Of a DNA stretch of 32,028 bases, positions 11,077 to 19,222 are shown in pieces (positions within the stretch are counted from its first letter, which is position 1; each line of letters begins with the position of its first letter). Source of the DNA: a virus (taxonomy: Duplodnaviria > Heunggongvirae > Uroviricota > Caudoviricetes); the IMG/VR virus record IMGVR_UViG_2534681701_000015; one strand, 5' to 3'. Below the pieces are notes generated by a model. The model worked only from the letters and a program-made list of their open reading frames with translations, was not told where the DNA came from and did no database searches. The position numbers and the translations under genes are program-made.

Positions 11077-11337
11077 ATGCAATCACCATTACGAAATGTG
11101 CGTAAGGCGCACGGGCTTACTTTGCAGCATGTTGCTGCGGGCGTTCAGGTTAATCCAGCAACGCTGAGTCGTATTGAGAGACTGGAACAAATTCCATCTA
11201 TCGATCTTGCAGAGCGTCTGGCCAATTTTTTTAAGGGAGAAATCAGCGAAATGCAGATTCTCTATCCTGCACGCTTTCAATCTAGTCAAAACCGGAATGA
11301 GTTAAAACCACAGGAACAGGAGGTAAGCCGTGGGTAA
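11077..11337 (+). CDS. cro: Cro-like XRE-family HTH regulator
   Basis: 86 aa, divergent from cI; HTH GLTLQHVAAGVQVNPATLSRIER. Confidence 0.75.
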   Translation: MQSPLRNVRKAHGLTLQHVAAGVQVNPATLSRIERLEQIPSIDLAERLANFFKGEISEMQILYPARFQSSQNRNELKPQEQEVSRG

Positions 11338-11874
11338 GCATCACTGGAAAGTGGAAAAACAACCTGAGTGGTACGTGAAAGCTATCAGAAAAACTATCGC
11401 GGCATTGCCAGGTGGTTACGCTGAAGCTGCTGACTGGCTGGATGTAACAGAGAACGCATTATTTAACCGGCCGATGGCGATCAGTTTTTTCCGTTGGGAT
11501 GGGCAATGGTTTTACAGCGTGCGGCTGGTACTCACCACATTGCGGATGCTGTCGCACAGTCTGCTGGTGGGGTGTTTGTATCACTTCCTGAAATTGAGGA
11601 AGTAGAGAACGCCGATATAAACCAGCGCCTGCTGGAAGTCATCGAACAGATCGGGAGTTACTCAAAGCAGATTCGTTCGGCAATCGAAGACGGGGTAGTG
11701 GAGCCACATGAGCAGACAGCAATTAATGATGAGTTGTATCTGTCGATTTCGAAGCTCCAGGAACATGCGGCACTGGTCTACAAAATTTTCTGCGTTCCAG
11801 AAAAGAGTGACGCCCGCGAGTGTGCAGCTCCGGGCGTCGTGGCGTTTTGTGTCTGTGGAGAAACTAACGCATGA
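11330..11874 (+). CDS. CII-like early regulator (CP76/YdaT-type position), with an apparent -1 frame break at a T6 run
   Basis: GTG 11330 preceded by GGAGG; the frame is coherent to the T run 11485-11490 then continues in the -1 frame to TGA 11872-11874; the C-terminus of the first ORF (FYSVRLVLTTLRMLSHSLLVGC...) looks non-coding. Confidence 0.45.
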
Positions 11875-12199
11875 ACAGTTTAACGGCAAATAACCGTTGG
11901 TCGCAACAGCTGGTGGTCCGCGTGGCTGAACACCTGTTGTTACGGCATGAATGCAGATTACCAAATCACCTGGCTGTAAGTAACCACAGAGAACTTTACC
12001 TGACTGTGGGGGGCGAGTTGTGCAGGAACTTAACCGCTGGTTTCGTGACGGAAGAGGACTTTATGTTCATGTTATTCGTTGGGAGCCAGAAACACAGCGC
12101 GTTATCTATCTTCGCAAAGACTACCCGCATGAGTGCTTTAGTCCTTTGTGGAAATTCAGGCGTGATTTTGTTGAGTGTGAAGGACCACCAGCACATTGA
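11871..12199 (+). CDS. Hypothetical small early protein, apparent -1 frame break at a G6 run (about 108 aa if joined)
   Basis: ATG 11871 overlaps the upstream stop (ATGA); frame breaks at G run 12008-12013; the -1 frame continues to TGA 12197-12199 (..VQELNRWFRDGRGLYVHVIRWEPETQRVIYLRKDYPHECFSPLWKFRRDFVECEGPPAH). Confidence 0.35.
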
Positions 12200-12284
12200 T
12201 TCTGCCATTCCGGGACGTTACACTGTTCAGGCACCTTATAAAGCGGGTGCCGGGCGTGGAAACCCGGAATTCACCAAAGCGCAC

Positions 12285-12308
12285 AACCGCGCTCTTGCGG
12301 TTTTTTTG
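12285..12308 (+). terminator. Intrinsic terminator inside the early-right operon
   Basis: AACCGC-GCTCTT-GCGGTT hairpin followed by T7 (12301-12307). Confidence 0.5.
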
Positions 12309-12476
12309 TGTCATGAGCAGCATTACGCCCAAATTATGGTGGGGCGTGCAGGGCCAACTTCGGTTGGGCCGGGTTCTTTGGTGACCGGTATTTCCACCCC
12401 TGTACGTCTCACCACCAATAAGGTCGTGGAAAGCCTTGGTGGTGAGTTATTTAAAATCACCAAAGAGGCTGCCATC

Positions 12477-13022
12477 ATGGCTACGATCCCAACCCTCACT
12501 CAACCTGAAATTGCCATCGTTGATGGTCAGGCTGTTACTTCATCCCTGGCTGTTGCCAACTTCTTCTCCAAACGTCATGACGATGTACTGAAAAAGATCC
12601 GCACGCTTGAATGCTCCGCATCATTCACTGCCCGCAATTTTTCGGTGAGTGATTACACCGATTGCACAGGCCGCAAACTACCTTGCTATCAAATAACCCG
12701 CGACGGCTTTGCGTTTCTTGCTATGGGTTTCACGGGTAAACGTGCTGCCCAGTTCAAAGAGGCATACATCAATGCCTTTAACCAGATGGAGAAACAGCTT
12801 TCAAGGCCCGCTGTACCGAGCGACGTTGCACATAACGCCAGCGTTCTCTGTTCCTACATTTCATCAATTCATCAGGTCTGGCTGCAGCAGCTTTATCCTA
12901 TGTTGGCAAAAGCCGAATCTCCGCTGGCTGTTAGCTTATATGACTATATTAATGATGCTTCGGCGCTGGCCTGCCTCATAAATTTGTCGCTGAACCCTTC
13001 AGAGGTAAGGGGGCGCAAATGA
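12477..13022 (+). CDS. rha: Rha-family phage regulatory protein
   Basis: ATG 12477 with SD AGAGG 8 nt upstream; N-terminus PTLTQPEIAIVDGQAVTSSLAVANFFSKRHDDVLKKIRTL...YQITRDGFAFLAMGFTGKRAAQFKEAYINAF fits the Rha family; the 383-aa ORF called from 11871 is read-through. Confidence 0.8.
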   Translation: MATIPTLTQPEIAIVDGQAVTSSLAVANFFSKRHDDVLKKIRTLECSASFTARNFSVSDYTDCTGRKLPCYQITRDGFAFLAMGFTGKRAAQFKEAYINAFNQMEKQLSRPAVPSDVAHNASVLCSYISSIHQVWLQQLYPMLAKAESPLAVSLYDYINDASALACLINLSLNPSEVRGRK

Positions 13023-13243
13023 TCCGGAATATTTTCAAACGTTTTACCAATCAGACTTTCCGTTGTCCTCGTCCGGGTCAGTGGTACACCACGCCTGCAG
13101 GGCATGTTCTACGTGTTAGCCTGGTTGACCGTGAATGTCAGAAGGTGGTTTGTGAACCGCTGGGCCGTAATTACCGCGTCAGTATGCCGCTTATAGCCTT
13201 TCGCTCCAGAAAAAACATGAAGCATCTCGGAGGTGCAGCATGA
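13019..13243 (+). CDS. Small Cys-containing hypothetical protein (74 aa)
   Basis: ATGA overlaps with both neighbours (Rha stop, O-like start); contains C-x24-C-x4-C. Confidence 0.45.
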   Translation: MIRNIFKRFTNQTFRCPRPGQWYTTPAGHVLRVSLVDRECQKVVCEPLGRNYRVSMPLIAFRSRKNMKHLGGAA

Positions 13244-14058
13244 GTATGGAGCTGATGGTTAAAGCGATGAAAATTCGAGTGGGTAATCCATTGCGAAAAC
13301 TGGTTCTGATCAAGCTGGCTGATAATGCCAGCGATCAGGGTGAGTGCTGGCCCAGCTACCAGCATATTGCTGACCAGTGCGAGATTAGCAAACGTTCTGT
13401 GATGAATCATATTGCGGCCCTTTGTGAGTCCGGGCTGGTAAAAAAAGTCACCCGGAAAGGTGAAAAAGGTAACTCAAGTAATATCTATCTCCTTCATCTG
13501 GATGGTGCAGGAGATTCACTAGGGGGTAGTGCAAATAATTCACTATCTGGTGCAGCAAATTCACCAGGTAGTGCAGGAGTTGCACCAGGGGGTAGTGCAG
13601 GAGATTCACCCAGAACCAGTCACTCTTTTGAACCAGTCAAAGAACCAGTCAATGAACCAATAGCTGTTGGTGCATCAGTTGATGAGTCCGTGCGAGTTCG
13701 TTCAAACCGACCGGAATATTCTCCGGAGTTTGAGCAGGCATGGCTGGCATATCCCAAACGTGCTGGTGGCAATTCAAAATCTGCAGCCTTCAAAGCCTGG
13801 AAAGCCCGTTTGAATGAGGGGGTAAACCCCGAAACCATGCTGGAAGGTGTGAAACGCTATGCGGGCTGGGTATCTGCAATGGGTAACAGCGGCACACAAT
13901 TTGTGAAACAGGCTGTCACGTTCTTTGGTCCGGATCGTCATTTCGAAGAATCCTGGGAAGTTCCTGCGGTATCTGCAGCCAGACGTGAGGACCCGTACTT
14001 CAAATCCAGTTACGACAACGTGGACTACAGCCAGATCCCGGCAGGATTCAGGGGGTGA
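13240..14058 (+). CDS. Replication initiator, lambda-O-like organisation (N-terminal winged HTH, low-complexity linker encoded by iterons, C-terminal domain)
   Basis: 272 aa; SD GGAGG 6 nt before the ATG; the linker GAGDSLGGSANNSLSGAANSPGSAGVAPGGSAGDSP is encoded by direct DNA repeats. Confidence 0.6.
   Translation: MSMELMVKAMKIRVGNPLRKLVLIKLADNASDQGECWPSYQHIADQCEISKRSVMNHIAALCESGLVKKVTRKGEKGNSSNIYLLHLDGAGDSLGGSANNSLSGAANSPGSAGVAPGGSAGDSPRTSHSFEPVKEPVNEPIAVGASVDESVRVRSNRPEYSPEFEQAWLAYPKRAGGNSKSAAFKAWKARLNEGVNPETMLEGVKRYAGWVSAMGNSGTQFVKQAVTFFGPDRHFEESWEVPAVSAARREDPYFKSSYDNVDYSQIPAGFRG
13504..13651. repeat. Iteron-like direct repeats inside the initiator gene: candidate replication origin
   Basis: Five imperfect ~20-bp repeats (core GT(A)GTGCAG..ATTCACC) at 13504-13610, then three perfect GAACCAGTCA copies at 13613, 13630 and 13642. 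Confidence 0.55.
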
Positions 14059-14060
14059 TC

Positions 14061-14549
14061 ATGAGTCTTTTGAATGACGTTCAGAAATTCATTGAAGCCC
14101 ATCCGGGGTGTACTTCCGGAGACATTGCGGATGCTTTTGCAGGTTACTCACGGCAGCGCGTACTGCAGTCAGCAAGCAAGTTACGTCAGAGTGGGCGTGT
14201 GGCTCACCGTTGTGAAGGGGATACACGCAGACATTTCCCGCGCCTGACTGAGAGAGCGCAGGAGCCGGAACCACAACCAGTTCGTGAAACCAGACCTGTG
14301 CGCAATTTCTATGTCGGCACTAACGATCCCCGGGTGATTTTGTGCCTGACCCGCCAGGCTGAAGAACTGGAGTCAAGAGGCTTATACCGTCGTGCTGCAA
14401 CCGTGTGGATGGCGGCATTCCGTGAAAGCCACTCCCAGCCAGAACGAAACAATTTTCTGGCGCGTCGTGAGCGGTGCTTACGGAAAAGCAGCAAGCGCGC
14501 TGCATCGGGTGAAGAGTGGTATCTGTCAGGGAATTACGTGGGGGCTTAA
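14061..14549 (+). CDS. Hypothetical regulator: N-terminal winged-helix-like region plus C-terminal PerC/Pch-like motif
   Basis: AEELESRGLYRRAATVWMAAF resembles the conserved helix of PerC/Pch regulators; GTG at 14055 is an alternative start. Confidence 0.4.
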   Translation: MSLLNDVQKFIEAHPGCTSGDIADAFAGYSRQRVLQSASKLRQSGRVAHRCEGDTRRHFPRLTERAQEPEPQPVRETRPVRNFYVGTNDPRVILCLTRQAEELESRGLYRRAATVWMAAFRESHSQPERNNFLARRERCLRKSSKRAASGEEWYLSGNYVGA

Positions 14550-15202
14550 TGAGTAATAAATATTGCCAGGCGCTGGTGGAACTGCGGAACAAACCAGCCC
14601 ATGAACTGAAGGACGTGGGCGATCAGTGGCGCACGCCGGACAACATTTTCTGGGGAATTAACACCCTGTTTGGCCCGTTTGTTCTGGATCTGTTCACTGA
14701 CGGTGATAACGCCAAATGTGCTGCGTATTACACGGCGGAAGACAACGCGCTGGCGCATGACTGGTCAGAACGTCTTGCGGAGCTTAAAGGTGCTGCCTTT
14801 GGTAATCCCCCATACAGCCGCGCCAGTCAGCATGAGGGGCAATACATCACCGGCATGCGTTACATCATGAAGCATGCCAGTGCCATGCGTGATAAGGGCG
14901 GGCGCTATGTTTTCCTGATCAAAGCTGCCACCAGCGAAGTTTGGTGGCCGGAAGATGCAGACCATATTGCTTTTATTCGCGGGCGTATTGGTTTTGAACT
15001 GCCTGCCTGGTTTATCCCGAAGGATGAGAAGCAGGTGCCGACAGGAGCGTTCTTCGCTGGTGCTATTGCTGTTTTCGACAAGACCTGGAAGGGACCGGCA
15101 ATCAGCTACATCGGGCGCGATGAACTTGAGGCATGTGGTGAGGCCTTTCTGGCGCAGGTTCGCCAGCAGGCGGAAAAACTGGTCAGGGAGATGGCGGCAT
15201 GA
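14549..15202 (+). CDS. Phage DNA N6-adenine methyltransferase (Dam-like)
   Basis: NPPY catalytic motif (GNPPYS); SD GGGGG before ATG 14549. Confidence 0.8.
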   Translation: MSNKYCQALVELRNKPAHELKDVGDQWRTPDNIFWGINTLFGPFVLDLFTDGDNAKCAAYYTAEDNALAHDWSERLAELKGAAFGNPPYSRASQHEGQYITGMRYIMKHASAMRDKGGRYVFLIKAATSEVWWPEDADHIAFIRGRIGFELPAWFIPKDEKQVPTGAFFAGAIAVFDKTWKGPAISYIGRDELEACGEAFLAQVRQQAEKLVREMAA

Positions 15203-15525
15203 CGACGTTAACTCAATGCCAGCAGCAGGTGCTGGATATGCTGATTTCTTACCAGAAAGAACGTGGCTTCCCGCCAACCAATCAGGAGGTGGCAACCATG
15301 CTGGGATACCGTTCAGTGAATGCAGCGGTGGAGCATCTTCGCGCACTGGAGAAAAAAGGCGTCATCACGATAAAGCGTGGCGTGGCCCGGGGGATCACGC
15401 TTCATACCGCAGTGAAGGACGACGACAGCGAAGCGGTCGGGATTATCCGCTCACTGCTTGCCGGTGAGGAAAACGCAAGGCTGCGTGCAACCCACTGGTT
15501 ACATGAGAGGGGCCTGAAAGCATGA
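15199..15525 (+). CDS. LexA DNA-binding-domain homologue lacking the S24 peptidase domain
   Basis: LTQCQQQVLDMLISYQKERGFPPTNQEVATMLGYRSVNAAVEHLRALEKKGVITIKRGVARGITL aligns by eye with the LexA N-terminal winged helix; 108 aa, no Ser/Lys dyad. Confidence 0.7.
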   Translation: MTTLTQCQQQVLDMLISYQKERGFPPTNQEVATMLGYRSVNAAVEHLRALEKKGVITIKRGVARGITLHTAVKDDDSEAVGIIRSLLAGEENARLRATHWLHERGLKA

Positions 15526-15911
15526 AGCTGATCCTGCCTTTTCCGCCCAGCGTGAACACGTACTGGCGACACCCCAACAAAGGGGTGTTTGCAGGTAAGA
15601 GCCTGATAAGCGCGGCGGGGCGCAAATTCCAGAGCGCGGCGTGCGCAGCAATAGTTGAGCAGTTACGTCGTCTACCAAAACCAACGTCGGCACCTGCTTC
15701 AGTGGAGATCGTGTTGTTTCCTCCGGATAACCGGATCCGCGATCTGGACAACTATAACAAGGCGCTGTTTGACGCGTTGACCCACGCGGGTGTGTGGGAA
15801 GACGACAGACAGGTGAAAAGAATGCTGGTGGAGTGGGGACCGGTTATCCCGAAAGGGAAGGTCGAGATCACCATCAGTAAGTACGAGAAAACGGCGGGTG
15901 CAGCCGCCTGA
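15522..15911 (+). CDS. rusA: Holliday junction resolvase RusA
   Basis: MKLILPFPPSVNTYW...IRDLDNYNKALFDALTHAGVWEDDRQV, typical RusA. Confidence 0.9.
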   Translation: MKLILPFPPSVNTYWRHPNKGVFAGKSLISAAGRKFQSAACAAIVEQLRRLPKPTSAPASVEIVLFPPDNRIRDLDNYNKALFDALTHAGVWEDDRQVKRMLVEWGPVIPKGKVEITISKYEKTAGAAA

Positions 15912-15930
15912 TCAAGAGGAGAAACGAAGT

Positions 15931-16728
15931 ATGAATAATCTGATGGTCATTGATGGTATTGAAGTTCGTCGTGATGCTTATGGTCGTTACAGCCTGAACG
16001 ATCTGCACAGGGCTGCCGGTTCTCTGGATAAGCATAAGCCTGCATTCTGGCTCCGCAATGAGCAAACTGAACGTTTAATAAGCGAGTTGCAGATTTGCAA
16101 CTCGGTCAATATAGAGCCAGTTAACGTTATTCGTGGCGGAAATAACCAGGGGACGTATGTCTGCAAAGAACTGGTGTATGCCTATGCAATGTGGATAAGC
16201 CCGTCATTCCATCTGAAGGTGATCCGTACTTTCGACATGGTAACCAGCGCACCGGAAAAATTATCCGGACAGGCTGCTGACAAGATGCAGGCTGGTGTGA
16301 TTCTGCTGGACTTTATGCGCCGGGAATTAAACCTGTCTAACTCTTCAGTGCTTGGGGCCTGTCAGAAACTCCAGGAGGCTGTTGGCTTACCGAATCTGGC
16401 ACCGCGCTATGCCATTGATGCTCCTGCTGACGCGCCTGATGGCTCAAGCCGCCCCACGCTGTCACTGAGTGCACTGCTGAAGCAGTATGGTATCCGCCTG
16501 ACAGCTAATCAGGCATATCACCAGATGGCGAAGCTGGGGATCGTTGAACAACGTGAACGATACAGCCGCACTGCGATTAACAACATCAAAAAATTCTGGT
16601 CGCTGACGGCGAAAGGCTGCATGTTCGGCAAGAACATCACCAGTCCCGCAAATCCGCGCGAGACGCAGCCGCATTTCTTCGAATCCCGGTTCCCTGAGCT
16701 GTTAAAGCTGCTCGATACCGTTCATTGA
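15931..16728 (+). CDS. KilA-N domain protein (antirepressor-like)
   Basis: ATG 15931 with SD GAGGAG; N-terminus MNNLMVIDGIEVRRDAYGRYSLNDLHRAAG...KPAFWLRNEQTERLI. Confidence 0.6.
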   Translation: MNNLMVIDGIEVRRDAYGRYSLNDLHRAAGSLDKHKPAFWLRNEQTERLISELQICNSVNIEPVNVIRGGNNQGTYVCKELVYAYAMWISPSFHLKVIRTFDMVTSAPEKLSGQAADKMQAGVILLDFMRRELNLSNSSVLGACQKLQEAVGLPNLAPRYAIDAPADAPDGSSRPTLSLSALLKQYGIRLTANQAYHQMAKLGIVEQRERYSRTAINNIKKFWSLTAKGCMFGKNITSPANPRETQPHFFESRFPELLKLLDTVH

Positions 16729-16729
16729 G

Positions 16730-17725
16730 GTGACCGTGAGAGCGCTACTGACCCCTGAAATTGCCCCGCGTATGGGGATCGTATTGTTCAGGCCAGGTTC
16801 AGAGCTGATGCCCCTGTTTATGCAGGGGCGTGTCCTGCTGGAGCCTGAGCCGGAACGTTATTCATCTTTCGCCAGTGGTGCCGTTCCGGCTGCATCACAA
16901 CCGCTGGCGGATGATCCTGCCGTTTGGGCCGTGTTCCGCAATGAGGCAGTGATTCGTCGTGCTGGTGGAGTGGAATGTCTTGAACGCTGGTTACTTCGTG
17001 AAAAAGGTTGCCAGTGGCCTCATTCCGACTGGCACAGCGAGAACATGACCACAATGCGACACACGCCGGGCGCAATCCGTCTGTGCTGGCACTGCGATAA
17101 CCAGCTGCGCGATCAGTTCACGGAACGGCTGGAATCAATGGCAACGGATAACTGTACCCGCTGGGTGTTGTCTGTTGTGCGTCGGGATCTCGGTTTTGAT
17201 GACAGTCACGTTGTGACAATGCCGGAACTGTGCTGGTGGCTGATTCGTAATGACCTGGCGGATGCCTTACCGGAAAGTGCAGCCCGTAAGGCACTGAGAT
17301 TACCGAAGCCTGTTGTGCCGTCTGTCACCCGGGAAAGTGACCTTGTGCCTTCGGTTCCTGCCACCAGCATCATCCAGGATAAAGCGAAAAAGGTGCTGGC
17401 GCTGAAAGTGGATCCGGAGTCGCCGGAGTCTTTTATGTTACGCCCAAAACGTCGCCGCTGGGTTAATGAAAAGTACACGCGCTGGGTTAAGACACAGCCG
17501 TGTGCATGTTGTGGAAAGCCTGCTGATGATCCCCACCACCTGATAGGTCACGGTCAGGGAGGAATGGGAACAAAAGCGCATGACCTTTTTGTGTTGCCTT
17601 TGTGCAGAAAGCATCACGACGAGCTGCATGCGGATACCGTGGCATTTGAAGAGAAGTATGGCTCCCAGCTGGAGCTGATATTTCGTTTTATCGATCGTGC
17701 GCTGGCAATTGGCGTGCTGGCCTGA
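16730..17725 (+). CDS. DUF968-family protein with C-terminal HNH-like zinc-binding motif
   Basis: C-terminus [43 protein letters not shown]. Confidence 0.6.
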   Translation: MTVRALLTPEIAPRMGIVLFRPGSELMPLFMQGRVLLEPEPERYSSFASGAVPAASQPLADDPAVWAVFRNEAVIRRAGGVECLERWLLREKGCQWPHSDWHSENMTTMRHTPGAIRLCWHCDNQLRDQFTERLESMATDNCTRWVLSVVRRDLGFDDSHVVTMPELCWWLIRNDLADALPESAARKALRLPKPVVPSVTRESDLVPSVPATSIIQDKAKKVLALKVDPESPESFMLRPKRRRWVNEKYTRWVKTQPCACCGKPADDPHHLIGHGQGGMGTKAHDLFVLPLCRKHHDELHADTVAFEEKYGSQLELIFRFIDRALAIGVLA

Positions 17726-17742
17726 TTTTGTGGAGAAAGTTG

Positions 17743-18108
17743 ATGCGTGATATTCAAATGGTTCTTGAACGTTGGGGGGCATGGGTGGCAAATAATCACG
17801 AGGATGTCACCTGGTCGTCTATTGCTGCAGGATTTAAAGGACTAATCCCTTCAAAAGTAAAATCCCGCCCGCAATGTTGTGACGATGACGCGATGATCAT
17901 TTGTGGGTGCATGGCTCGCCTGAAAAAGAACAACAGCGATTTGCACGATTTATTAGTGGATTATTATGTAGGTGGTATGACGTTTATGGCGCTTGCCCGT
18001 AAACATGGGCGTTCTGATTGCTGGGTTGGGCGTTTATTGCAAAAGGCTGAAGGTGTAGTTGATGGCATGTTAATGATGTTAGAAATTGAGCTAGAGATGG
18101 ATCGTTAG
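17743..18108 (+). CDS. Q: Late-gene antiterminator Q
   Basis: ATG 17743 with SD GGAGA; [25 protein letters not shown]... with a Cys cluster; last gene before the lysis region. Confidence 0.8.
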   Translation: MRDIQMVLERWGAWVANNHEDVTWSSIAAGFKGLIPSKVKSRPQCCDDDAMIICGCMARLKKNNSDLHDLLVDYYVGGMTFMALARKHGRSDCWVGRLLQKAEGVVDGMLMMLEIELEMDR

Positions 18109-18191
18109 AAGACCTCTTATTGAGGGGGTAATTGAATCAGTTTAATGTGTGGGGAGTCGATTTATTCTCCCCATTTATTTAATTAATTTAC

Positions 18192-18638
18192 TTAAGGTTT
18201 TAATTCATCAAGACGTTGTTGGATAGTGTTTTTGCTTGCGTTGTCTGTTATAGCCATTTGTTGTACTTGCCCCATTGCCATTTGAGTTTCCATCCACATA
18301 TCGGCCCACACTTTTGTATCGTTATTAACTTGAGCGATAGTAAATCTGACTTTTGATACCGGGGTTGTTGAATAGGCATTTCCGATTAACATTTGTCCAA
18401 AAACAGCAGAGCCGCCTTCCAGTTCTTTACCACATATAACACTGCTGTTATCCGCGTTGTAAATTATCAACCCTCTACTATTGCAGTAATTCACAAGGGC
18501 ATCTTTGACTTTATCTTTTGTCGTATTTTGATAAACCCCCTCAGGTTTTCCTGATTGAGTTTTCTTTATCAATGGTACGGAAGAAGTACAACCTGAAATG
18601 ATAGTTGCGCTAAGTAATAGTACAGTCATTTTATTCAT
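18192..18638 (-). CDS. Lipoprotein moron (148 aa) encoded antisense between Q and the tRNA cluster
   Basis: Signal peptide plus lipobox MNKMTVLLLSATIISGC; visibly AT-rich; hairpin GGGGAG..CTCCCC at 18151-18172 just beyond its stop. Confidence 0.7.
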   Translation of the reverse strand: MNKMTVLLLSATIISGCTSSVPLIKKTQSGKPEGVYQNTTKDKVKDALVNYCNSRGLIIYNADNSSVICGKELEGGSAVFGQMLIGNAYSTTPVSKVRFTIAQVNNDTKVWADMWMETQMAMGQVQQMAITDNASKNTIQQRLDELKP

Positions 18639-18767
18639 GTTTCTTATCCATTGTTAAGGGTATACCCACACAATTATTTTTATTGGAGATGAATAATCAA
18701 CCGTTTACAATCGTAAAAAATCAAATATGCTGTTAAGAGTGGTTACTTCGCCACACAACTTAAACCC

Positions 18768-18788
18768 GCCGCTGAGCGGTTTTTTTTG
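18768..18788 (+). terminator. Hairpin plus T8 terminator-like element upstream of the tRNA cluster
   Basis: CCGC-TGA-GCGG followed by T8, then GTACCTG. Confidence 0.4.
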
Positions 18789-18868
18789 TACCTGTAAACT
18801 TGGTGCAGTACAGTAAACACGCTGGTGGACAAGTGAAAAACAGCATTTAATCAGGCCTTCTGAAGATA

Positions 18869-18897
18869 TTGCAGTATTAATTCTGTAACGTTATTAT
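18869..18897 (+). promoter_or_regulatory. Putative sigma70 promoter of the tRNA operon
   Basis: TTGCAG (18869-18874), 17-bp spacer, TATTAT (18892-18897), then GC-rich discriminator CTGCGCGC and tRNA 5' end at 18907. Confidence 0.4.
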
Positions 18898-18906
18898 TCT
18901 GCGCGC

Positions 18907-18982
18907 GGCCCTTTAGCTCAGTGGTGAGAGCGAGCGACTCATAATCGCCAGGTCGCTGGTTCAAATCCAGCAAGGGCCACCA
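18907..18982 (+). tRNA. tRNA with CAU anticodon (ileX/ileZ-like tRNA-Ile2 or Met)
   Basis: Cloverleaf folded by hand: acceptor GGCCCTT/AAGGGCC, D-arm GCTCAGTGGTGAGAGC, anticodon loop CTCATAA, T-loop TTCAAAT, 3' ACCA. Confidence 0.8.
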
Positions 18983-18983
18983 A

Positions 18984-19060
18984 CTGCCACTAGCTCATCA
19001 GGAAAGAGCGTCAACCCTTTAAGTTGAGAGTGCGAGGTTCGAGTCCCCGGTGGCGGTCCA
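18984..19060 (+). tRNA. tRNA-like gene, identity uncertain (anticodon loop CCTTTAA; UUU/Lys if canonical, but C at position 33)
   Basis: Acceptor CTGCCAC/GTGGCGG (one G-U), D-arm GCTC..GAGC, anticodon stem TCAAC/GTTGA, T-arm CGAGG-TTCGAGT-CCCCG (one mismatch), 3' TCCA. Confidence 0.5.
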
Positions 19061-19062
19061 GT

Positions 19063-19138
<76 letters not shown>

Positions 19139-19141
19139 TGT

Positions 19142-19216
<75 letters not shown>

Positions 19217-19222
19217 GTTAGA

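Noticed and set aside
11871-13022. 383-aa ORF spanning from the CII-like stop to the end of rha
   Set aside because: Only the last 181 aa (from ATG 12477, with SD) look like a real protein (Rha family). The upstream part crosses a terminator and a frame-broken small gene and reads as non-coding.
18109-18191. Region just after Q examined for the late promoter PR' and tR'
   Set aside because: Possible -35/-10 hexamers and a hairpin (18151-18172) are present, but the spacing does not allow a confident PR'/qut/tR' assignment.
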